DNA from: Squalus acanthias
Lineage: Eukaryota
Assembly (NCBI GenBank): GCA_030390025.1
Contig: CM059432.1
Location: 66,838,001-66,902,000 of the forward strand
Direction: 5' to 3'
DNA length: 64,000 nucleotides
In this document: positions 37,693 to 48,225 of the stretch, in pieces
Layout of the letters: every line of letters starts with the position of its first letter
Numbering within the stretch: position 1 is the stretch's first letter
Translations under genes and position numbers: made by a program
Notes under the pieces: model-generated
What the model was told of the DNA's origin: nothing
Seen by the model: the letters and a program-made list of their open reading frames with translations, nothing else
Database searches by the model: none

Positions 37693-38040
37693 AGTTACAC
37701 TGAGTGAATCTACAAAAGTTCACAGAATATAAACACAGATACTGCAGAGATACAATCCCTGGAAGGAGCTTCAGGTGAAGAAGTTGAGGGCGGTGGTGAC
37801 TTTGATAGCCACTGGTAAGACATGTCCACCAGGTCCTCTGGACAGCAGGTCTTGTTCCAGCAAGCTACAAATGTCTGCGACGACCTGGCACAATAGTTTC
37901 AGCCTCCTTTGGCACTGCTGCTCAGTTATGTTGAGGAAGCTCACATTTGCGGGATCTCACAGTTGGCCTCCCACAGATTGTATCTCTGTAGTATCTGTGT
38001 TTATATTCTGTGAACTTTTGTAGATTCACTCAGTGTAACT

Positions 38041-38080
38041 TTACCTGAAGAAGGGGCAGGATAGCTCCGAAAGCTTGTAA
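38041..38080 (+). ncRNA. Minimal hammerhead ribozyme motif
   Basis: TTAC-CTGAAGA-A-GGGGC aggata GCTCC-GAAAGCTT-GTAA. Confidence 0.75.
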
Positions 38081-39913
38081 TTTTAAATAAATCTGTTGGA
38101 CTATAACCTGGTGTTGTGCGACTTCTCATTTTTGTCCACCCCAGTCCAACGCCGGCATCTCCGCATCATTCCCTGAGTTAAGCAATGCATGCGGCCTTTT
38201 TCCTTGCTTCTTGGTCTGGTCTGTAGAGGGAGGGCTTCTTGTTCTTCCGCGTGGTCGTCCAGAGAGAGAGAGAGAGAGAGCGAGAGAGCCTTTGGGTTCC
38301 TTGTTTTATATCTTTTTAAGTCCATTGTCTCTACTCTAAATTGCTAAGACCCCATGATTGGGTCTTAGATTCATGGCAGTTCTTGATTGGCTTTCCTTTG
38401 AACATGTGTCTGTCTGCAGTGGCTGGTGCCATTTCTTGCTTCAGTTAATTGTTTGTTGACACCTTTTAGTGGCTCTTGAGCTTCGATGGTGAGTTTCGAT
38501 GGTGTCTCTGTGGTGGGTTATCCTGTTATGCAGGTTTCCTTCGTTAAGTTTTGCACCGTTGCCTTACCTAGGGGAGATCCATACACATCAAATTTATCTT
38601 TATTACATACATCATATATTAATAGACTCGAGTCCATCACACATACAAAACATATTTTTTTTTATTCTTACAGGGGGCACCACAGGGCTGCAGCACATTG
38701 GAGACGATACCCCCAACATAGGGTATACAGGCAGAGGATGAGCTTCCTCAACATAACTGAGCAGCAGTGCCAAAGGAGGCTGAGACTATTGTGCCAGGTC
38801 GTCGCAGACATTTGTAGCTTGCTGGAACAAGACCTGCTGTCCAGAGGACCTGGTGGACATGTCTTACCAGTGGCTATCAAAGTCGCCACCGCCCTCAACT
38901 TCTTCACCTGAAGCTCCTTCCAGGGATCTGCAGCAGACATTTGCGGGATCTCACAGTCAGCCTCCCACAGATGCCTCACACAGGTCACCGATGCCATGTT
39001 TCACAAGTCAGCCAAATAGATCAACTTTGCCACTGAAGAGGCCAGTGTTATTGAGTAGATGCTGCAAGGTGGGAAAGAAGAGAACTTTGAGTGAGAGTGA
39101 TGGAATGAGTGTAAGGAATGGATGGGCTACATCTGTGGAGGGTGACTATGAGGGAATGGGGTGACAATGCCAAATGGCCTCCTTCTGTGGTGTTACTTGC
39201 TATGATTGCATTAGGATGAGGTTGAGTGTCAGGGGTGGTTAGTCAGATGGGGATGTGAGTATGTACATAGAGAGAGAGGGATGGGTGGACTTGGGAGGTG
39301 TGCAGGAGTAGGCTTGGGAAGGCAGAGTGATGGGGATGTGATAACAGGCACATCAGGATGAAGGTGAGTGTGGCTTTGCACTCACCTTTGCTGACCTCAT
39401 CAGATCATTGAATCTCTTCCTGCACTTGATCCAGGTCCTCCTCATAACCTCCCTGCTGCTGACCTCCTCTGCTATTTCCAGCCAGGCCCTTTTGGTCTCT
39501 TGGCGAGGTGTCTTACGCCTATCTGCTGGGAAGAGGACCTCCCTGCATGCTCTTACTGCTTAACCAGAATATGCAGTGAGACATCTGTAAAGCAGGGTGT
39601 AGCCAACTGCCTTTGGGTATTCATATTTTTCACTTTGCACAATAACTCCAACCTTTCCAATGTTCATTCCACACTCCTCTTCCAACCTTCAAATGAGTTG
39701 TGTGCAAGGCTGTTTTAATTAAGGGTGCTGGAAATTAGTCATCGATGATGTCATCAGACCCATCTGATAGGGCTGGGAAATGCACATGGCTGGTTTAATT
39801 TGGGCCATTGCGCTAAAGTCGCTCTGAAAAGCGTGCTGATCAAGACATCGCATTCCTGACCCGCTACGCAGCCCGCACGCACCCATCCCGACTCAGATGT
39901 AAAAATTCTGGCC

Positions 39914-41320
39914 ATAGAATCATAGAAATTTACAACGAAGAAGGAGGCCATTTGATCCATTGTGTCCGTGCCGGTCGAAAAAGAGCTATCCAGCCTAATC
40001 CCACTTTTCAGTTCCTGGTCCGTAGCCTTGTAGGTTACAGCACTTCAAGTGCATATCCAAGTAGTTTTTCAATATGATGAGAGTTTCTGCCTCTTTCACC
40101 CTTTCAGGCAGTGAGTTCCAGACCCTCACCAACCTCTGGATGAAAAAAGTTCTCCTCAACTCCCCTCTAATCCTTCTACTAAATATTTTAAGTCTATGCC
40201 CGTTTGTTATTGACCTCTCTCCTAGGGGAAATAGGTCCTTCCTATCCACTCTATCTAGGCCCCTCATAATTTTATACACCTCAGTCAAGTCTCCCCTCAG
40301 CCTCCTCTGTTCCAAAGAAAACAACGCCCAGCCTATCCAATCTTTCCTCATAGCTAAAATTCTCCAATTCGGGCAGCATCCTCGGAAATCTCCTCTGTAC
40401 CCTATCTAGTGCAATCACATCGTTCCTGTAATCTGGTGACCAGAACTGTACGCAGTACTCTAGCTGTGGCCTAACTAGTGTTTTATACAGTTCAAGCACA
40501 ACCTCCCTGCACTTACATTTTTTGCCTCAGCTAATAAAGGAAAGTATCCCGTATGCCTTCTTAACCACCTTATCTACCTGTCCTGCTACCTTCAGGGATC
40601 TGTGGACATGCACTCCAAGGTCCCTCTATTCCTCTACACTTCTCAGTATCCTACCATTCATTGTATATTCCCTTGCCTTGTTTAGCCCTCCCCAAATGCA
40701 TTACCTCACACTTCTCTGGACTGAATGCCATTTGCCACTTTTCTGCCCACCTGACCAGTCCATTGATATCTTCCTACAGTGTGCAGCTTTCTTCCTCACT
40801 ATCAACCACACGGCCAATTTTTGTATCATTTGCAAACTTCTTAATCATGCCCCCTACATTAAAGTCTAAATCATTGATATATACCACAAAAGCAAGGGAC
40901 CTAATACTGAGCCCTGTGGAACCCCACTGGAAACAGCCTTCCAGTCACAAAAACACCCTTTGCTTCCTGCCACTGAGCCAATTTTGGATCCAACTTGCCA
41001 CTTTCCCTTGGATCCCAAGGGCTTTTACTTTTCTGACCAGTTTGCCATGTGGGACCTTGTCAAAAGCCTTGCTAAAGTCCATGTAGACGACATCAAATGT
41101 GTTAACCTCATCAACCCTCCTTGTTAATGCCTCAAAAAATTCAATCATGTTTGTCAGACACGACCTTCCCTTAACAAATCCATGCTGACTGTCCTTGATT
41201 AATTTGTGCCTTTCTAAATGACGGTTAATACTGACCCTCAGAATTTTTTCCAATAACCACCAAGGTTAGGCTGACTGGTCTAATTACTCGGTCTATCCCT
41301 TTCTCGCTTTTTAAACAACG
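39914..41320 (-). mobile_element. 5'-truncated CR1 LINE
   Basis: ORFs 40945-41253, 40281-40499, 39995-40351 (DFSKAFDKVPH, RPQLEYCVQFW); (atagaatc)n tail continues at ~27996-28006 beyond the Harbinger insertion. Confidence 0.93.
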
Positions 41321-41554
41321 TACCTTGGGCCGCATTCAGCAAGTATCGGAAACAGCTGTGACCTAATATCCAAACAAGCATGAATGCTTGCAAATTTGAG
41401 GCTGCAGCTTTTACCTGGCATTGTGTATGAAGAATGCATATCATTGAAGAATGAACTAGGATGATGCCTGGAATGAGAGGATACGGTTAGTAATAGAGAC
41501 TTAGAAAAATCATGTCTATCCAAAATTCAAAGCAGAAAGCAATTTTTTTATTTT

Positions 41555-44500
41555 TTTATTCGTTCATGGGATGTGGGCATCGCTGGCAAGGCCAGCATTT
41601 ATTGCCCATCCCTAATTGCCCTTGAGAAGATGGTGGTGAGTCGCTGTCTTGAACTGCTGCAGTCCGTGTGGTGAAGGTACTCCCACAGTGCTGTTTGGGA
41701 GGGAGTTCCAGGATTTTGACCCAGCGACGATGAAGGAATAGCAATATATTTCTAAGTCAGGATGGTGTGTGACTTGGAGGGGAACTTGGAGGTGATGGTG
41801 TTCCCATGCGCCTACTGCCCTTGTTCTTCTATGTGGTAGAGTTTGCGGGTTTGGGAGGTGCTGCCGAAGAAGTCTTGGTGAGTTGCTGCAGTGCATCTTG
41901 TAGATGGTACACACTGCAGCCACAGTGCGCCAGTGGTGGAGGGAGTGAATATTTAAGGTGGTGGATGGAGTGCAAATGAAGCGGCCTGCTTTGTCCTGGT
42001 TGGTGTCGAACTGCTTGAGTGTTGTTGGAGCTGCACCCATCCAGGCAAGTGGAGAGTATTCCATCACACTCCTGGCTTGTGCCTTGTAGATGGTGGAAAG
42101 GCTTTGGGGAGTGAGGAGGTGATTCACTCGCCGCAGAATACACAGCCTCTGACCTGCTCTTGTAGCCACAGTATTTATGTAGCTGGTCCAGTTAAGTTTC
42201 TGGTCAATGGTGACCCCAGGATGTTGATGGTGGGGGATTCACCGATGGTAATGCCGTTGAATTTCAACGGGTGGTTAGATTATCTCTTCTTGGAGATGGT
42301 CATTGCCTGACACTTTTGAGGTGTGAATGTTACTTGCCACTTATCAGCCCAAGCCTGAATGTCGTCCAGGCCATGCTGATGTGGGCGCGGACTCTGAGGA
42401 GTTGCAAATGGAACTGAACACTGTGCAGTCATCAGCGAACATCCCCACTTGTGACCTTATGGTGGAGGGAAGGTCATTGATAAAGCAGCTGAAGATGGTT
42501 GGGCCTAGGACACTGCCCTGAGGAACTCCTGCAGCAATGTCTTGGGGCTGAGATGATTGACCTCCAACAACCACAACCATCTTCCTTTGTGCTAGGTATG
42601 ACGCCGGCCAGTGGAGAGTTTTCCCCCTGATTCCCATTGACTCCAATTTTAATAGGGCTCCTTGATGCCACACTCAGTCAAATGCTGCCTTGATGTCAAG
42701 GGCAGTCACTCTCACCTCAGCTCTGGAATTCAGCTCTTTTGTCCATGTTTGGACCAAGGCTGTAATGAGGTCTGGAGCCGAGAGGTCCTGGCAGAACCCA
42801 AACTGAGCATCGGTGAGCAAGTTATTGGTGAGTAAGTGCCGCTTGATAACACTGTTGACGACACCTTCCATCACTTTGCTGATGATTGAGAGTAGACTGA
42901 TGGGGCGGTAATTGGCTGGATTGGATTTGTCCTGCCTTTTGTGGACAGGAAATACCTGGGCAATTTTCACATTGTCTGGTAGATGCCACTGTTGTAGCTG
43001 TACTGGAACAGCTTGGCTAGAGGTGTGGCTAATTCCGGAGCACAAGTCTTCAGCATGACAGCCGGGATGTTGTCGGGACCCATAGCCTTTGCTGTATCCA
43101 GTGTAATCATTAATTTCTTGCTATCACGCGGAATGAATCGAATTGGCTGAAGACTGGCATCTGTGATGGTCGGGACCTCAGGATGAGGCCAAGGTGGATC
43201 ATCCACTCGGCACTTCTGGCTTGTCTTTTGCGCTCACATGCTGGGCTCCACCATCATGGAGGATGGGGATCTACATGGAGCCTCCTCTTCCCGTTAGTTG
43301 TTTAATTATCCCCCACTATTCATGACTGGATTTGGCAGGACTGCAGAGCTTTGATCTGATCCGTTGGTTGTGGGATTGCTTAGCTCTGTCTATAGCATTC
43401 TGTTTTCGCTGTTAGCATGCATGTAGTCCCATGTTGTAGCTTTACCAAGTTAGTACCTCATTTTTAGGTACGCCTGGTGCTGCTCCCAGCATGCTCTTCT
43501 GCACTTCTCATTGAACCAGGGTTGTTCTCCTGGCTTGAATGGTAATGGTAGAGTGAGGGATATGCCGAGCCATGAGGTTGCAGATTGTGGTGGAATACAA
43601 TTCTGCTGCTGCTGATGGCCCACAGCGCCTCAGGGATGCCCAGTTTTAAGCTGCTAGATCTGTTCTAAATCTATCCTATTAGCATGGTGGTAGTGCCACA
43701 CAACACAATGGAGGGTGTCCTCAGTGTGAAGCTGGGACTTCGTCTCCACAAGGACTGTGGTGATCACTGCTACCAATACTGTCATGGACAGATGCATCTG
43801 TGACAGGTGGATTGGTGAGGACGAAGTCAAATAGGTTGTTCGCTCGTGTTGGTTCTCTCGCCATCTGTCACAGGCCTAGTCTGGCAGCTATGTCCTTCAG
43901 GACTCGGCCAGCTCCGAGCCACTGTTGTTGATGGACATTGAAGTCTCCCAGCCAGAGAACGTTTTGTGCCCTTGCTACCCTCAGTGCTTCTTCCAAGTGG
44001 TGTTTAACATGGAGGGGTACTGATTCATCAGCTGGAGGGCGGGCGGTAGGTGTTAATCAGGAGGAGGTTTGCTTGCCCTTTTTGGTTTGTCCTGTTGCCA
44101 TGAGACTTAATAGGGTCCAGAGTCAATGTTGAGGACTACCAGGGCCACTCCCTCCCAACTGTATACAACTGTGCTGCCACCTCTGGTGGGTCTGTCCTGC
44201 CAGTGGGACAGGACATACCCAGAGATGGTGGAGTCTGGGACATTGGCTGAAAGGTATATTACTGTGAGTATGACTATGTCAGGCTGTTGCTTGACTAGTC
44301 TGTGGGACAGCTCTCCCAATTTTGGCACAAGTCCCCAGATGTTATGGAGGAGGACTTTGCAGGGTCGACTGGGCTGGGTGTGCCTTTGTCTTCTCCTGTG
44401 CCTAGCTCAATGCCGGGTGATCTGTCCGGTTTTATTCTTGGTACACTTCTTCGTAGCAGTTTGTTACAACTGAGTGGCTTGCTAGGCCATTTCAGAGGGC

Positions 44501-44795
44501 AGTTAAGAGTCAACTACATTTCTGTGGGTCTGGAGTCACATATAGGCCAGACCAGGTAAGGACGGCAGATTTTCTTCCCGAAAGGACATTAATGAACCAG
44601 ATGGATTTTTACGACAATTCGGTAGTTTCATGGTCACCATTACTGATGCCAGCTTTTTATTCCAGATTTAATTACTTAACTGAATTTAAATTCAATCCAG
44701 CTGCTGTGATGGGATTTGAACTCATGTCTCTGGATCATTAGTCCAAGCCTCTGGATTACTAGTCCAGTAACATAACAACTATGCTACTGTACCCC
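41555..44795 (-). mobile_element. Near full-length non-LTR retrotransposon (APE endonuclease + RT) with a tRNA-like 5' head
   Basis: QQPDIVILT, DRPTRGGST, KAMGPDNIP, NYRPISLLS, DIKAAFD, PQGSVLGP, FADD. Head 44795-44700 has A-box-like tagcatagttg and B box gagttcaaatccc. Confidence 0.88.
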
Positions 44796-44940
44796 AAGGG
44801 GACAGCATTAAATAGTGGTCTCTTTCAGCCAGCTAATCAAGCAGTTGCCAGGGTTTCAAGGGATGGAAGATGGCAATATCAGTGTGTGGCTTGCATCCAG
44901 AAGTATCTTAGGGCATGAGCTGCTTTTAGCTGAAGATGTT

Positions 44941-46997
44941 GGCCTGGAATTTGCAGTGGGTAATGACGGCAAACTATCAGCGCTGGCCTTCATTACCCCT
45001 CTGAAACTGACCGCAACTTCAGGATTTAGCGCATGCACATCTAAACACAAAATCCTGAAGTTGCAGTCAGTCATTCAATGCTCTGACACTGGCTGCGCTG
45101 TGCCCCCCCACCCCCCACCAAAGCTGGCATACAGTCTAATCAGTGAAATCAGTGAAACTGGCGAAAACTTGGGCATTTCCCTGGTAATATTGCTGTTCAA
45201 TAACCCATTAAATGTTAAGCCTTGTTGGAATGAGTTGCAAAATGACATCCTTTGTGAATGTGATAAAGGTAAACTATCCCTCCTCATCCTTCTTGACTTG
45301 TCTGCAGCCTTTGACACGGTTGACCACTCCATCCTTCTCCAACACCTCTCCACCATCGTCCAGCTGGGAGGGACTGCACTCGCCTGGTTCCATTCTTATC
45401 TATCTAATCATAGCCAGAGAATCACCTGCAACGGCTTCTCTTCCCGCTCCCGTATCGTTACCTCTGGTGTCTCCCAAGGATCTATCCTTGGTCCCCCTCC
45501 TATTTCTCATCTACATGTTGCCCCTTGGTGACATCATCTGAAAACTCAGCGTCGGTTTCCACATGTATGCTGACAACACCCAGCTCTACCTCACCACCAC
45601 TTCTCTCCACCCCTCCACGGTCTCTAAATTGTCAGACTGCTTGTTCGACATCCAGTTCTGGATAAGCAGAAATTTTCTCCAATTAAATATTGGAAAGACC
45701 GAAGCCATTGTTTTCAGTCCCCGCCACAAACTCGTTCCCTCGCCACTGACTCCATCCCTCTCCCTAACATCTGTCTGAGGCTGAACCACACTGTTCGCAA
45801 CTTTGGTGTCATATTTGACCCTGAAATGAGCTTCTGACCACATATCCGCAGCCTAATTAAGACCGCCCATTTCCACCTCCGTAATATCGCCCGTCTCTGC
45901 CCTGTCAGCTCATCCGCTGCTGAAACCCTCATCTATGCCTTTGTTACCTCTAGACTTGACTATTCCAACACACTCCTGGCTGGCCTCCCATATTCTACCC
46001 TACATAATCTTGAGGTCATCCAAAACTCGGCTACCCATGTTCTAACTTGCACCAAGTTCCGTTCACCTATCACCCCTGTGGTCACTGACCTTCATTGGCT
46101 CCCGGTTAAGCAACTCCTCGATTTCAAAATTCTCATCCTTGTTTTCAAATCCCTTCATGGCCTCACCCCTCCCTATCTCTGTAATCTCCTCCAGCCCCAC
46201 AACTCCCCGAGATATCTGTGCTCCTCTAATTCTGCACTCTTGAGCATCCCTGATTATAATTGCTCAACCATTGGTGGCCATGCCTTCTGTTGCCTCGGCC
46301 CTGAGCTCTGGATTTCCCTGCCTAAACCTCTCCGCCTGTCTACCTCTCTTTCCTCCTTTAAGACGCTCCTTAAAACCTACCTCTTTGACCAAGCTTTTGG
46401 TCATCTGCCTTAATTTCTCCTTATGTGGCTCAGTGTCAATTTTTTTGTCTTATAATACTCCTGTGAAGTGCCTTGGGGCATTTTACTATGTTAAAGGCGC
46501 TATATAAATACAAGTTGTTGTTGTTGTTGTTGTTAACTGGGGTTTTAACAGCGTATTGACTGCTAAACAAACGTTCTGGCCCTGAAAAACGAATTTTTGT
46601 ATTTGTGGACTATCAAATTTCTCCATTATGAAAAAAATAACAATTTAAAAAAATTAAACAATTTTTTAAAAGTTTGTTCAGGTTCTACCTTATCCCCATG
46701 TGAGAGTCTCAATCTTTATTCCACTCTCTGTAACATTTTTAATAAGTACGGATAAAAGCACCTTCTCATTTCCTGGTTTCCTATCTGTGATAATTCTGCA
46801 ATGCGATTGGCCGCTTAGACAGCTTGTTGAAGTCACTGCAGCATCGCACTAGGAATCCCCTTTACAGAGCGCTGAAATCAATTGAACATCGAAAAAGGCA
46901 AACTTCTCGCCACTGAGATCGTTAGATCTCTGTGAGCAGCTTTCTTTTGGCCAGCGGCAAGCGCCTTTACTTCGCCGCTGACCGCAAATTACGGGCC
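44941..46997. mobile_element. Harbinger-type non-autonomous element interrupted by an L2
   Basis: Ends GGCCTGGAATTTGC / GCAAATTACGGGCC; related to the element at 55670-58582. Confidence 0.65.
45238..46535 (+). mobile_element. 5'-truncated L2 LINE
   Basis: LLDLSAAFDTVDH, YADNTQLY, LQLNIGKTE, LHWLPV, FKTLLKTYLF; tail aaggcgctatataaatacaa(gtt)n. Confidence 0.92.
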
Positions 46998-47639
46998 ATT
47001 GTGGATGCAATCCATTGAGAAAACTCAGAAGAAGAATATCTAATGGAGAATATGTTCTAATTGATGCTGCTCTGCGATATATGGCACAGTAAGATGAAGG
47101 CACACCTTTGATTATCATCCTCCTCAAGAAGTGATGAGACATGGCAGTATTGAGATGAGAATTGTTACTTCATCAGTGGAAGCTTCCTGGACATTCTCAT
47201 TCCCATATTACTGTACTGTAATTTTTACAGTAAATTTTCTTTATCATTTGTTCTGAATGATTATTTAACTTAAAACACTCATTTGAAAAATATTTGTATA
47301 ACAATTTTTTAAAAAATCAAAGAAAAAAATGTAAAAAGAAACAAGCAATGAATGGAACAACAGCACTAATGAATTTTCATTTGGTCCCATTCCTGTACAT
47401 GATACTGGTGCTGGGTGCTGCTATACTTCTATCTCTGTGATTTCCAGCCATGTATAAGCAAAGCATTATAGTGATGATAAATGAACATGTATCTGTCCAT
47501 GAGACAATGACTCGGGGTCTTTGCAGGACTCTTGTTCTGGCTTCCTGCTAATTGTGCTGTCCATAAATAGGATAAGGGGATGGTATTTATAGTAATATCA
47601 GAATTACTGATGACACCAAGCTACGTGAAGCGGAGTCTA

Positions 47640-48225
47640 AAGCCCAATTTTAACTCGAGGGGCGGGGCGTGTGAGCTGGGACAGAGGCAGATGGCAAACC
47701 GTCCGGACCTCAGCAGCATGAGGTCCTAGAAATTTTATCTCCTGGACCTCATGTCCCGCCTGAACCTGGCAGGAAGAGACAGCTGGAGTGGGAGCGGGAG
47801 TGGGATGTCAGGCAGTAGGAGGCAGCCACTAGGGACTTGAAGGATCAGCCCTGGCACTTAGGTAATTGGTTGGGAGGGAGTTCAAGGGGAAATTCCTGCC
47901 CCTCCTGGCCCACAAGGAAAGTAAAAAAAGAAGATCCACTCTATGTTTTTCGTCCTATTTCCATTGGGTTAGCCTGGTGGGGAAGTCACAAAGGCTTCCT
48001 CGCACAGGCCTCCATTTAAAATTGGTCAGACCCCAATAACATCACCAGAGCCCAATCTGAATATTTAAAGAAGCACCTCACTGACTTCCCTCAGTGTCCC
48101 TTACCTGCTCAGGAGAGCAGGTTTAGATTTGAACTCTTGGGTAGACAGTGGGATTGGTGCAGGTCAGTCCCAGAGGCCATTTTAACTGTGCGCCTGCCCG
48201 GTTTCCACTGATTAAAATCAGTCCT
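47640..48225. mobile_element. Degenerate GC-rich MITE (ATTTTAAC...TTAAAAT ends); similar pieces at ~3978-4410, 51330-51880, 53531-54440, 55230-55610
   Basis: gcccaattttaactc ... attaaaatcagtcc ends; 51380-51730 and 55240-55580 are inverted copies of each other. Confidence 0.5.

Larger units (their letters stand above)
37602..38168. mobile_element. Penelope inverted terminal-repeat pair enclosing captured local DNA
   Basis: Arms 37602-37756 (minus) and 37977-38168 (plus); 13-bp TSD ttccctgagttaa (37589-37601, 38169-38181); the uninterrupted site is visible in the 3' LTR at ~28912. Confidence 0.92.
28731..38672 (-). mobile_element. Full-length retrovirus-like LTR element (lokiretrovirus/Odin-like architecture), mutated
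   Basis: Two LTRs with TGTAAG...CTTACA ends, GGGGG on both flanks (4-5 bp TSD), PBS-Pro, PPT, gag-pro-RT-RH-RH-IN order. Confidence 0.95.
37407..38672 (-). repeat. 5' LTR (~690 bp net, interrupted by a Penelope insertion)
   Basis: TGTAAG...CTTACA ends; minus-strand TATAAAA at 38304-38310, (CT)n tract, AATAAA at 37478-37483. Confidence 0.95.
28007..39913 (+). mobile_element. Deleted Harbinger transposon split by the LTR element (own sequence 28007-28730 + 38673-39913)
   Basis: TIRs GGCCGGAATTTTAC / GTAAAAATTCTGGCC, TSD ATA. Transposase N-terminus [16 protein letters not shown]...[14 protein letters not shown] at 38700-39030 (plus) and a convergent Myb/SANT remnant at ~39385-39550 (minus). 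Confidence 0.85.

Noticed and set aside
44815..45531. 238-aa ORF
   Set aside because: Chimera of MITE sequence and a truncated L2 RT fragment.
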